Below, one piece after another: positions 1 through 13,115 of a stretch of DNA of 64,000 nt. Location of the stretch: positions 124,372,001 to 124,436,000 of the forward strand of contig OZ024740.1 in the NCBI GenBank assembly GCA_964016885.1. The letters are read 5' to 3'. The stretch comes from Eledone cirrhosa (taxonomy: Eukaryota). The notes under the pieces were generated by a model. The model did not search any database. It saw only the letters and a program-made list of their open reading frames with translations, and had not been told where the DNA came from. Both the position numbers and the translations under genes were made by a program. The stretch's first letter is position 1; each line of letters begins with the position of its first letter.

Positions 1-570
1 ATTTCTGTAACCTGGATGGCCAAATAAGCAGTGGAGGTAGGTGTGGTTTGAAAATGGTTAAGGGAGCTACTAATGCTGCTAATTACAAATATTTTTCCCT
101 CAAAAGGAAAGGCAGATTGTATGAAGCTTGTGTACAAACAACAATGCTGCATGACATAAGACATGGGAAATATGTGCAGAGGATCTATGAAGATTGGAAA
201 GAAATAAAGCTTACATTCTTCAATGGATGTGCGATAGTAGTGAGCATGAACATCAAATCAGCAATAAACTAAAAGAGAAACTAAGTATAAAAGGGGTCAG
301 ATTCAGTGTACAGGAGAGGAGATTGTGGTTGTTCGAACATGTGATATGTATAGAGGATAACAGTTGTTAAAAAAGGTGCAGGGCACGCAAAGTCGATGGA
401 AACTATGTGAGATGAAGTCCTAGAAAAACTTTGGATGAATTGATAAAAGCTGATCTTGCCCAATTAAACCTTACATAGGAGATGACACATGGTTGAGCAC
501 TCTGGCATCATGCTATACTGCCCAAGACCCACCTTCCCATATGCATGAAACAAGCATGTAGAGAACACAC
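1..570 (+). mobile_element. Degenerate RTE LINE, 3' part
   Basis: ORF 48..272 (FSLKRKGRLYEACVQTTMLH) matches the C-terminal region of the RTE ORF at 42901..44868. It carries stops and frameshifts. Confidence 0.8.
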
Positions 571-954
571 TAGTCTGCACTGATCTTCTCTTCACTCCTC
601 CACATTTTGTCTCCCTAATCATTAATACCCTCTTCTTTCCTTCTAGACGTTCCATGCACCTCTTCAATGTCAAACTTGCTTACCTGTTCCCCTCCAAAAC
701 CTCACCACTGATACATCCCTGGCCCAAAACATGCACACAAGCATGAGAGTTGAATATGCTCTACATTTGAACTCCCACAGCAAAAAATACCTAGTCCACA
801 CTGTAAGATGGTCATGTTAGTGACAAGACAAAAAGTATCCAGTGCTCCCTGTTTAGGAAAAATGGATGTGAAATAATGTTGGTGATGGAGATGATAATAT
901 ATATGTATGTATCTATGCATATACCTATTTTATCTGAGTGTATGTAGCTTAGAA

Positions 955-1600
955 TAGGTACATAGTATACTTGGGTGCTGCAAGAGGCAGCTATAACCAC
1001 ATGATGAGTATGAAGCTAGTTATGGGACTTACAATGATAACTTGGGAAGTTAACTTTAAAACATATTATTGTTATTCATGAAACAACATTAAGTAAATTA
1101 ATCCTGAAGCAGGTAGGTAGCTATGAGTATTCAATCCCTAGCTGAACTCAACCAGTAATTTCCTATTATTGTAAAGTGTATGTACACTGACCATAAACTT
1201 CAACATTATTTCCATATAATTGTTGTAAAAACAAACACCCCCAAATGGACTCTAATTAACATTGTGATTCCTGAAGACCATAATGTGGCTGACAAGGAAA
1301 TGGAAAAGATCAATAAGTATGCAAAACTTGCAGGCACTATTAGAACTGAGTATCATGTAGAGACAGAAATTGTGCCAATCGTCATTGGGGCTATAGGCAC
1401 AGTCAGTAAATGCTTTATATCTTTCATCAAAGCCTTGGGATCCCCAACTTCTTAGGCTGTGCCCAAAATTATATTATTACAAGCAATGCCAGAATCCTAC
1501 ACAATATATTGAGCTTCTGAGATCAGGAACTGATCTGAGGCTAATTAATACATTTCACCTAGTAACTGATTGCTAGATAAACTTTACAAAAGGAAAGAAA
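955..1600 (+). mobile_element. R4/Dong-like RLE non-LTR retrotransposon, 3' fragment
   Basis: ORF 1180..1455 (TDHKLQH..INIVIPEDHNVADKEMEKINKYAKL..IVPIVIGAIG) has the restriction-like endonuclease signature. Upstream VHSILGC..PHD resembles the CCHC/RHD motif. The fragment ends in TAT-rich sequence. Confidence 0.8.
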
Positions 1601-1624
1601 AATAGTATTATCATTACTATTATT

Positions 1625-1835
1625 GGGTTGGTAGTATTGGTAGAGTGTCGGACAATATGTTTTGTGGCATAGAGTTACGGCCCTGTCGAGATTAGCTTTG
1701 CCTTTCAACCTTACACGGTTGATAAACTAAAGCACCAGTAATGCATTGGGGTCGATTTAAATGACTTTTCCCCTGCCCCCAAATTACTGGCCTTGTGCTT
1801 TAGTAGAAACCCTTATTATTACTATTATTATTATT
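1625..1835 (+). mobile_element. tRNA-derived SINE family 1 (degenerate)
   Basis: Similar to the clean copy at 53632-53823 (ctttgcctttca..gataaa..accagtaatgca..ggccttgtgc) and has an ATT tail. Confidence 0.75.
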
Positions 1836-2384
1836 GCCTTGCATATTATAACATTTCTATACTCATAATCTATTAAAAGTTAGAGTGGAATATTGAATAG
1901 GAGATCATGGTATTGTTATATTGTAATGTTGCTGTCAAATATTCGTTTGATATCAATATTTTGTAATACAAACATATTGGCATGTGGAGAAAAGTAAAGA
2001 TGGTCATTGCAATACAGCCAAAAGAAACTAATCCTTTGCTAAATCAATGTGGATCAAACAGACCGAAATTCATTTATATTGTTATATTCCCTATCAGAAT
2101 CATTTATATATCAAACAAAATACCTTGCAATATTTAGTTAGTGCCATTTGTATTCTGATTTCAGACCTTGTTGAGGTTAACTTTGCCTTTCATCATTATA
2201 GAGTTGATAAAATAAAGTATCAGAAAATTACTAAGTTAAATTAACATATCTGTAAAATCTTTTGAACTGGAAGAATCAATCAATCATTCAAAATACAGAG
2301 CATAGTGAAACTGTAAGTTCTCAGCAAGTTAGCTTCTTTGTGTAGATAAAACAGGGTGTTTATCCATGTATGACCATATTTCAT

Positions 2385-2670
2385 AACAGTAGGGTATGAT
2401 AGTGTCATGTCTTGGGCATCTAAACATGGTGGAGCCCATTACTCTCCAGGCCAGAACACTGAACACAGCCAATTTTGTTTCCAAAGAAGGAGAGGGAATG
2501 TGAGAAAGATACAAGAAAATTCGACACTAATATTGGACTGGTAATATATTTATCAACCTCAAATGAATGAAAGGCAAATTTGACCTCAGCAGGATTTGAA
2601 CTCAATGTGCAGTGAGCTGGAACAAATGCGGAATCATTTAATCTATCGCTCAAATGTTTCTGCCAACTCA
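2385..2670 (-). mobile_element. SINE family 1 variant with an alternative, longer 3' tail
   Basis: Central domain tgaaaggcaaa..ggatttgaactc. The same tail (gagccca..ctctcca..) recurs near 22640-22800, 28385-28640 and 47920-48100. Confidence 0.6.
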
Positions 2671-3416
2671 TTAACTTTGTATGAAATATCTTTATATTAC
2701 TGAAGCACAAATAGGTGCTTACATGTTTATCAATTCTATGTTAGCACTAGCCATGCATTCATTTCTCAGGCATGTTTTTTATAACATGGCCTACATTTTT
2801 AAGTTGGTAGGATGTAATCTGTGAAAGATTTGGCTGATATTTCTCTAGCAGCATTATGGCGTGGGTGCATTAACATTTTAAAAGAAGCTAAAACGTGCTA
2901 ATTCAAAGAGTACTCATAAAAGAGAATAAAAATGGGATAAAATGAGTCCTCACATTTTTACTCTCTTCCTTACAAGTACTTATTCTAGTAGCATGTTTCA
3001 CTTCGTTTAAAATTACAAATGTAATACAAAGATTATTATATTGTTAACATTAACATGTGATATGCAATAATAGTAAAAATTCCCAGCCATATAAATTAAC
3101 TAATCCTTCTATTCAATAAAAAGTTTATACCTGTATTTTCTTCATTACAATAGGAAATGTATTTATATTCAATGCATATGCCAGAGGCAACATGTTTTTA
3201 TATCTGAAATATCAAGTACTCTGCATCTATGTAACCGTTCATTGGGAAAATTAACGCCTATCATTCACAAAGAAATGCATGTGTATTTATGCATCTTTAG
3301 AACATTCTACCTGTATGTGCATGCACACACACACGTATGTGTGTGTCTGCAGCTAAAAAAAACTTGCGAATCTTGATAAAAAATTACAAAACCAATATAT
3401 ATATATATATATATAT

Positions 3417-3750
3417 CATCATCATCATCATTTCATTTTACGTCCGCTTTTTCCAGGGTGGGACGGAAACTGATTCTGGCTTGATTTCTACAGCTGGATG
3501 CCCTTCCTAACAACAACCTCATTTACAGTGAGTGCTGGGTGCTTTTTTGGCGTGGCACCTGCACGACCACTTTGCAGTGGAATGATATGGACCCCAGTCC
3601 CTAACATCTCATTTCTACAGCTGAGTAAACTGGAGCAATGTGAAATAAAGTGTCTTGCTCAAGGAAACAACACATCACCCGGTCTGAGAATTGAACTCAC
3701 AACCTTTTGATTGCAAGGCCAATGCTCTAACCACTAAGCCATGTGCCTCC
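3417..3750 (-). mobile_element. tRNA-derived CORE-type SINE (family 2) with RTE-derived tail
   Basis: A-box TGGCTTAGTGG, B-box GAGTTCAATTC and CORE-like CCTTGAGCAAGACACTT. The 3' end matches the RTE-B 3'UTR, and the (ATG)n tail abuts (TA)n. Confidence 0.85.
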
Positions 3751-3760
3751 ATATATATAT

Positions 3761-3851
3761 ATTTCATTTCTCACTCTTAGTACGGCACTTACTTAAATGT
3801 AAGTATGTGTGTATACGTACATACATATATGTATACAGACGTACAGTAGCA

Positions 3852-3899
<48 letters not shown>

Positions 3900-4224
3900 C
3901 AGGTACACATACATATATGCACGTATCAGTTTAGCGGATGCTTATTATTTCGTTCCTGTGTCAGTGTTGAACAAAAAGGTGACGTGATTGCCTTAACACC
4001 GTACGGCATAAAAATTCAGGCTGTTCAGTTTGTTTACAAACGAACAAAGCGGCGTTATAATAAGCATCCGCTAAACTGATGTGTGCATATATGTATGTGT
4101 ACCTGTATGTGTATATATATATATATATATGCATGCTACTGTACGTCTGTATACATATATGTATGTACGTATACACACATACTTATATTTAAGTAAGTGC
4201 CATACTAAGAGTGAGAAATGAAAT
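3761..4224. repeat. Fold-back element (arms 3761-3948 / 4057-4224)
   Basis: Near-perfect inverted arms around a ~108-bp loop, flanked by (TA)n. Confidence 0.9.
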
Positions 4225-4245
4225 TTCGTTTTCATTTTACTTCAA

Positions 4246-4467
<222 letters not shown>

Positions 4468-4506
4468 TAAGAATGTAGTTTCTAATTCGAATGGAAAGAG
4501 ATGGGT

Positions 4507-4577
4507 GATGTGTTGGTGTAATGGTAGCACAGTGGTCGCGATAACCACAGATGTGGGTTCGACTCCCATGTGCGTCA
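4507..4577 (+). tRNA. tRNA-like cloverleaf (anticodon-position CGA, non-canonical G33); probably a pseudo-tRNA or element-borne
   Basis: Acceptor GATGTGT/GTGCGTC (wobble-rich), D stem GTGT/GCAC, anticodon stem GTGGT/ACCAC with loop CGCGATA, T stem GTGGG/CCCAT with loop TTCGACT. Confidence 0.65.
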
Positions 4578-5819
4578 ATACTCATCTTTTTCCATTTATC
4601 TGAGGGTTCTAAACCCTGTTATCAAGCTAAAAAATTCCTTCAGTCAAAAATACGGTGAAAGCTATATATTTTCTAATATATATATATATATATAAAGAGA
4701 GAGAAAGAGAAAGTATATGTTAAAATGATGATGATGATGATAGTGTGTGTATGTATGTGTTAGTATATCTGGATGTGTATATACATATCTATATATATAT
4801 ATGTAGGGAAATAATTGTTGGGTTCAAGTTGCTATTTTTACAAAAATCGCAGATGACAATAACCCAGATTAAAATAGTTATGTCAAAATCATTCAAGATA
4901 ACTATGATAACACCAAAGGGTTTATTAAGCCCAAATCTTTTTTATCACATTTTTTTGCTCATTTCCTCGTCTCACGTGAACACATGATGTTCTAGGCCTG
5001 CTACATCTGTCTGCTCAATGACTGGCCAAACACAAACAGAATCTGCTTACATTCAATTTATCTCACTATTTTCAGCACATTTAAATATTTCACAACAAAA
5101 TACTCTTCATGTTTAAAACTACTCTTATCTATAAACTCTCCATTTCATCAAAGAGGTGATGAAAACACAACCTTTTACTTATTCCTATTATGTTTTTCTT
5201 TGCCACATAGTTGTGTTAATTCCATGGCAAAAATAACAATATCTAAATTAGCAGTTTTGATTCCTTGTTCGAATGTCCCAATGCTTTGGAGTCCTTATCA
5301 TTTTCCCCACTGCAATTACACATCAAGAGCCTATGACAGACCAACCAACATTCAACTAATACATCTCTGCTAAAAATAATGACCCAATAAAAACACATAG
5401 ATTTTTAAAGAAAAACCTTCTTTCTACAAACACACAGCCTTAACAAACATTTCTCTTAATAACAACCATAACACAGCACATAACAACTGCTACAAAACTT
5501 GAACATGTAACTTCCTTTCATCATAGACAAACAAACACATTTTTCTGTACACGTCTTTCAGTTAATAGCACATGATATACACAACACTTCAAATTTCTGA
5601 GCAGGTATGAAGGACACTGAGAACCACGTGCTTACACAGTTTTAAGAACAGATCAACAGAAAACCAAAATGTGTACACCTAACTGTGTTTACGACTTGTT
5701 GATACAGCAACAACAGCTCTGTTCAAAGAATTTCAACCCATCTGTAATGACAACAAACAGAAGAAAACATGAAGAAAAATCCCACACACATACACACTTA
5801 TACACATACATATACAATA

Positions 5820-6037
5820 TTGATTTCTAGTATAGACACAAGGCCGGTAATTGGGGGAAGTGGAAAGTGGATTATATCGACCCAGTATGTTACTGGTGCT
5901 TTATTTTATCGATTTTGTAAGGATGAAAGGCAAAGTTAACATCGGTGGGATTTGAACTCAGACCGTAAAACAGCATAACTCTATGTTGCAATGCATGTCA
6001 TCCGACGCTCTACTGATACTGCCAATCCACTGCCCTA
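5820..6037 (-). mobile_element. SINE family 1
   Basis: Reverse complement of the family-1 consensus (ggatgaaaggcaaagttaac..gatttgaactcaga..ctgccaatccac). Confidence 0.8.
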
Positions 6038-7505
6038 TAAAATATTGACTATGAACTCCAACTGATTGGGGCAGTTACATTGTTTCCTTCAAAAAAATTT
6101 GAACATGAACTCCATATTTACAATTTTTTTAAATGTATTACTTCTGTTGCACATACATTTTATAATGTTTTGCCATTTAGTCATTTTGATTTTTGTGAAA
6201 ATTTGCAGTATTAAAGATTTGTTTCCAAATGTTTCAGTTTTATGTTCTTCAAGAATATCTTATAAATGCAGTCTCATATAGTGCAGGACATTAAGATTTC
6301 AAGGGATCTGATAGAAACATATTAACTGTACTTCTATTTCAATTATCATTACATGGAAGTCATAGCAATTCCCACTTAACTTCTACACATTATGTAGTGT
6401 AATGTTTTTAAAGGTTCTGCTTCAAAACACCCAGAATGTTTTGAATTATTCTCAATAAAGTTTGACTTTTAGAAAATATGGATACCTATGTACAGTTTCT
6501 ATATTCATTATAGCTATCTTTTTGCTTTGATATTTTCTTTTTGTTTTGTTTATGCTGCTTAAGTAGTCAGAGAGGGAAGGGGAGTCCTCATGACCTTTTT
6601 CACAGCCTCCATGGATGGTGAAAGAGTTCAGTGAAGAGTAGGTATCTTCAAACTAAATACCTGGCCTGAATGCTTGCAGTAGTGTGAACTTTGCTAAAGG
6701 TACATAAATGCCTTGTGGTGATGTTAATTAAATCATGTGGTAGATTATGTCTATTATAAAATAGAAATGGTTAAGTAAAATCATATTTAGGATTGTTGTT
6801 CATATATTGTTAACAGATTTTTGATTTTTTATGCTTAATACGTATATATCTTGTGCTTTAGTTAAATTAAAGTGTCCATAATGTATAACAGCAAATTTGT
6901 GCTCAATAAGTGAACATCTATGTGGTTGTTTGAGCTCCTAATAATAATGGCAAAATCTCTATCAAACCACACTCACACATTCTATGAAAGTAAAGGATCA
7001 TTGGTTACTTTAACCCTAAAATCAAGGATTTGTCATAACTTTTTCTGGATTCTAGCCAACCTGGGGCTAAACAAGAACAATAATTATAGATCTGAGGAAG
7101 AAGGAAGGTGTTTTCCTATACACTTAGAATTTATAATCAATCTAAGAGTACATGAGACAGCTGTGTTGGACATTGTGTTAGGGTTAGATTTATAGTTATA
7201 TGAATGAGTGTAAAAATGAATATAATAATGTAGTTTACATTTCAAAATTTAACTGACAATTGGGAAAATGAATGAGGAGTGAAGTGAAATTCAACAGAAA
7301 ATTTGATTTCTATGTCAGCATAAACAGACAAACACATAAATATATACATATGAATTATACACCTATAGATGGTAATGTCTGCATGTATGAACATACATGT
7401 GGGTGTTTGTGTATGTGTATGTGTGTATATCATTATATATATACATATGCATATATTCATATGTGTATATATTGTGTGAATCTGAATGTATGTATACGGA
7501 TATAT

Positions 7506-7585
<80 letters not shown>

Positions 7586-8646
7586 ATACACACTATATAT
7601 ATACTTGATGGTTCACTGACTCATATTTTTATATGCACATACATATACATTCTATATACATGTGTGTATGTGAGTGTGTGTGATGAAAAGACGTAAATTA
7701 ATTCTTGACAGATGTATAATAAATTGGAAAAATGAATTAGTAAATAAAAAGAAACCTATAATCAATACAAGGAATATATAGTGTATCTAATTTGTTTATT
7801 GAACACTCTATTAGCAAAATTGACAGCCCCACCTCTCTCCCAGCAACAGTTATAGCCAAAGGGGTTGACGTTACTGAATAGTTTAAAGTTGTTTATTTCT
7901 TGCTTTCCATTTTACTCTTACTTTAGTTACAGAGATCAATAGCTTCTATACTATCTCCCCATTGTGAACATCATCATCATCCTCATTATCATTGTCATCA
8001 TATATCAACATATACATCATAATCTTCATTATCTGTGGTAGTAGCATTACCATATTTTTTTTTGTATCATCATCATATACATCATCTTAATCATTTGTGT
8101 CAGTAACATGACCATAATTGATTTGGTATCATCATCACCATCATAAGTATTATTAACATTGTCTTTATCATCATTACCACCAACAGCATCAGCAACTACT
8201 CAACTACCAAGAATACCACTACCCCCTTCACCATCCCTATTAAGATTGCCACCACCAGCACAACCACCAGCAACATTATTTTAGCCATAATCCACATTAT
8301 TGCCATATCTCCCATTACACTGCAATTCTTTTTGTCCATTTCTTGAAATGTTATTCAGCCTCGCCTTCCCATATATTTTATTTAGCTTTATTTTTATTGG
8401 TTTCTATAATTGGACTGTGGTGGTCATGTTGGGGCAGCAGCATCAAATGTTTTAGATCAATATATGGCCTCCACGACTTTGTCCAATGCTTTTTTATTGA
8501 TTTCATAAGGGGCAAAACGCACAGTTGACCTGGGCATAAAGATGTTTAGCTAATACACAACCAAATACTATACAGGCCCTAATTCAACCATTCCTTACAT
8601 ATATCTATCTATCTATCTAATCATCATCATCATCATCGTCATTATA

Positions 8647-9873
8647 CAAGGATCGCCTGAAATATTTACATGCTGACCAAGTTACTCTCATGCAATGCGA
8701 CCTAATGTGTTTATTTTTCAACGTAGTCCCCCTTGCAGCTCACACATTTTTTACATCTGTTTTTCAGTGCTTGGATTACATTGGTGAAGTAGCTCTCATC
8801 CTGTTGGTAAAAAAAGTCATCAACAGCAGATATGATTTCATCATCAATGCAATGCTGGTTCCCTGCCAAGTGGTTTTCATGCTGGGGAATAGATGACAGT
8901 CAGATGCAACCAAGTCAGGAGAATAAGGAAGGTGATCAACCAGTTCAAAGCAACAGTTATGCACAGCAGCCATTAAAACTAAGGAATTGTGTGCTGGAGC
9001 ATTGTCTTGATGACACAAAACCCCTTTCATCAGTTTTCTTGGGTGATTACTCGAGATAGCCTTGTGTCAATGTCTCAGCAAGCTGGCATACTACTTTCTA
9101 TTGATGGTGAGAGCCCTTTTGAAAATAGTCATCTAAAATAAAAGATGAAACGACCTAGACCTCCTTTGGAGCAGGTGAGGAGCGATGTTTCCACACTGCA
9201 TGGATTGTCTCTGGCTCAAAGTAATGAACTCAACACTTATCCTGGTTTCTGAAAATTTCAACAAAACTATCTGTATCTGCCTCAAACAAGGTAGATTTTT
9301 CTGCGATGTGATCAGTTTGGTGAGCTTTTGATCAGGCGTCAGAAGATGTGGCATCTACCAAGCCTTCATTATGCAAAATTTATTGTGCAGAATATTCTCA
9401 AGTCTCTCACAGTATATGCTGATAGCATTGGCTATTTGATTTATAGTCATACATCATAATGTGGTAGACATAATCAATGTTTTCCTTGGGGGCTGGCAGT
9501 TGCAGGATATTCAGACCTTCAGTTATCTTCAAGACTCTACCTTCTCCCCCTACATTCAGTTGCCCACTTTTACACTGTTGATAAAGCTGGATTGTCATCC
9601 CCTAATATAGCAACCAAGTCAGCATGAATGTATTTGGGAGTTAAACCCTTTGCTGCTGGTACTTAATAACACCATGGTGCCAAATTTTGTCCATTTTCAA
9701 GAGAATTCGCTACTAGTTACTTTTGAAGTTTACTTGGAAAAATCAGATATCAGTCTACCTAAAACTAATCAATGCTGTTATTAACAAGAAGAGTTGGAAT
9801 TAATGTAGGCATGATTTGCCAGCTCTAGTATCACTCCTTTATAGTCAGCCTATGAACTATTCAGACGCCCCTC
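8647..9873 (-). mobile_element. Mariner (DD34D) transposon, full-length but decayed
   Basis: HQDNAPAH and HLPYSPDLVASDCHLFP (ORF 8776..9030), and PHLLTPDQK (9133..9354). Degenerate TIRs, TA flanks, about 1.23 kb. Confidence 0.9.
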
Positions 9874-12439
9874 TACCTCAGCTTTCTATGTTAGCACAGG
9901 CTGGATGAATCTGATAATACTTAAATGGCAAGCTTACAAATCTCTTCCCATCTACTTAGTTTCACTCACAAGGTATGCATTGACCTGTAGCTATGGTCAA
10001 AGATCATTTTCCAAGATGACATGCAGTGGGACTAAACCAAGAACTTCATGATTGAGAAGCAAAGTTTTGCACCATATGGCCATACTGCATCTACTTGACT
10101 GTTTCAGTTGAGTTATCTCACATTTCTAAATATCTCAGTAACACTCTTGCATCATTTTAAAATTCCTACTAAATGGTAGGTTGCATCTTACCACTATCCA
10201 CACCCCAATAGCCAATATCTAAGCTTCTGCTGAAACAAACAACCAAATCTCTCACAAACTGTATATTATAGTATATTAAAAAAGAAAGGACATCTTGAAC
10301 ATTATAGTTCTACATACACTGTTAACTGAAAGACAGGATGGTCATGGCTGCAATGCCTTAGGTCATATATCAACTTTATTAGGCATGATCAGATGCTAAA
10401 CAAAAACATGAACAAAAACCAATGTGTGATTAATAAGCATATTTGCTGGAGAAAAGAAAGAAAGGTGAATATGAGATGTTGAAGATGTTGCTGCTGATGA
10501 GAGTGATAGTAATGAAGGTGATGATGGTGGTGAGATGGTAACAGTAATGTTAGCAATGTTTCTGCATGCTGATGAAGATAGTGATGTTAGGGATAACAAC
10601 ATGGTGGGGAGCTGGTGGTGCTGATTGTCATAATGGTAATTATGGAAATGAGGTGGTGTTGGAGTAGATGGAGATAAGGGGGGATGATGATGGTGGGGAT
10701 GATAATAAGAGTGCTATTAATGAGTATTAAGCTGGTTGTGGTGGTTATGATAGTTATTGTGGTCATTCTGACGGTGTTGATGATGATAGTAAATGTGGTG
10801 GTGGTATTGATAATGGTGATAGTAGTGTAGGAAATGATGGTGTAGTTGAGGAGAGGAAATGATTCTTCTACTGACCGCCAAGTCACTAAATAATACAAGT
10901 AAAGTTTAAATGTAATGATTTTCTTTTCTTTATGTCTTTTGTTTTAATTTTGTTATTGTTTTTATTATATTTTTTGTTTTGTCTTCAGAATTCAGAAATA
11001 TTGTGAAATGAAGTGATTATGTCTGGCTGTTTATTAGTGAATCCCACTTGATCAGATGATGCATGCCATTAATCAACCTTAGTATTCCTTACGAACATCT
11101 CCCTTTCAACACCATTCCACGAACATCACCATCACCATACATATACCTCTGCCAGCACCAACAGTACACAGATACCATCTCCATCACCATCAACAAAACA
11201 ACAACATCCAGCCCGAACAGTCATTATCTGTAAATCACAGATCATAGTTAATTGGAAAATCTTTAACTGGTCTGTAGAACTTGTTGGTAATTTGAGTACA
11301 AAAGCATTGCTGCGAGAATCTTCTCATTGTTGGACAGAGTAACTGAAGTGGTTATTATTGACAAGAAGTGATCAAAATATCTTATTTTAATACACGCATG
11401 GGCACAACCACTCACAAACACACATACACAAACACACATAGTTGTATCTGCGTGCATTCATAAATAGGATTTATAGCTATTTGATGTACATTTTGTTTTA
11501 CTTTTCTTACAAATTTGGATATTTGAACACAATTATAAGAAAGTAAGTTGAATATAAGTAACCTATAAACTCTCATTTAAAAACTGGGTGCACTACTTAA
11601 TTTGTATAAGCTAGAGTCTACAGGAAATAAGCTGAAGAACCAAGCTTTGCTTTTTTCCTCCTTAATTAATTATTTGAAGAAGGAACAATGCCCATGATAT
11701 TTTCTAACACTCCAAGACTGCAAAATAAATGTGGTTGATGAGCAGCTTCAATTTCTGTATGTTGTTGCCAGAATGTAAAAACAAACAAACAAATGAACCT
11801 TTGTGTTGCTGTTAAACCTGATTGGTCACTTACCCAAACTTGGAGTGTAAGGGTAACAAAAATTTAAAACATAAGCCAATGAGGGAGCTTGTATGGGTTT
11901 GCACGATCTTCTAGAAATAACAGCCGAATCACTCTCAAATCATGCTTTACCATCTCTTTAAAAAATACACTTTCCTGAGACACTGGTAGGAGACCAAGGG
12001 ATATACTCTGAACAAGATGGTTGGCTTGGGGATCCAGCCATATCAATTGGAGATGGTTGCTTCTGACAGGATCCACTGGAAAGCGTGTTTGAGGACCCTG
12101 CCTCTATGACCCTCTCAGGAATAAGAGGGTGAAAAATAAGAAGATGCATTCCGAGAAAAAACTATGAAAAGATGAGATAGCCATGTCTAGAATGTCTTTG
12201 ATCAAATTTATACTCTGTCTTTGTTGATCTAGAACTAAATAACAATAAGCTATTATAATAAATAATACACCATATCTTGTATTACAATTCACAGAAAACA
12301 ACTAAAACCTAATCAATGCTTATAGAATATTATTTGTTTGATAGGTGAATTTTCACTCACAAATATTTTTTAACACCTAAATCATTGTCAAACATTATTC
12401 TTTCTTTCTTTCATAATCATTCTTATTGCACTTCAATCA

Positions 12440-12760
12440 CTGGAAGTCAGATGTTGTGACACCTTCTCTAGCAGCTACCAGCCCAGGCTTCACTACCTGC
12501 CAGGCCTAAGAGGGCAAACTGTCCAAGTATCAGCCACTCTCTGATAAGTTTGTGGTTGAGACTGTGGCAGTGGAGACATCCAGCATTCTTGGCCCCCAGA
12601 CCACATCCCTGCTCACTGCTATCAGAGCAGCGCTTGCTACCCAGAATTGCTAGCCCTGCAAGGTGAAGTGGCTGTTCCAGTGTGTCTCCTTTGGCAGCCT
12701 CTGGGGCAATGTCTTCTCCATCCTGTTGGCCAGGGCTATGAGGCAGACTATCCCTTGTTA
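12440..12760 (+). mobile_element. CRE-clade RLE retrotransposon C-terminal fragment
   Basis: Manual translation EGKLSKYQPLSDKFVVETVAVETSSILGP..WLFQCVSFGSLWGNVFSIL matches the K..KY..P.AVET.G..QR.S...RGN pattern. Confidence 0.7.
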
Positions 12761-12879
12761 ACCATTAAAGCCTGTATTGTATAGGTTACTGTTTGTTTTT
12801 ATTTTTTAGTAGATATCCAAACTGTTGGAATTGTAAACAAAGCATTGTTGAGAACTAAACAAAAATAAGAAACTACAGA

Positions 12880-13115
12880 GTCTGCAAGAGTGTGAGGTAT
12901 CCTTTAGACAAAACTAGCTGTAGAAAGAAAACAAAGGGCTTACCTCTAGACATCACTGCACATAGCTGCACAAAACACTGTGTAATATTCATTTCTCAGA
13001 ATTCTGTCTTTAATGAATTCCCACAAAACATTGTTTTCAATCTTAAATGCTGACCTTCAAAGGTTCAAACTAAACGTTGACACATATCTACCTCAGTCTC
13101 AATCTCCTATTCACC
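12880..13115 (+). mobile_element. Possible CR1/L2/Jockey-group LINE 3' fragment
   Basis: Gapped translation FNEFPQNI..DLQRFKLNVDTYL resembles the FN.LP..I....FK..LD.YL tail motif. Confidence 0.35.

Noticed and set aside
5035-5775. A/C-rich tract resembling a LINE remnant (LFECP)
   Set aside because: Too degenerate to assign.
10920-11020. Strong polypyrimidine tract plus AG at 10988
   Set aside because: All three frames stop within 9 codons and no partner exon is visible. A terminal or non-coding exon cannot be excluded.
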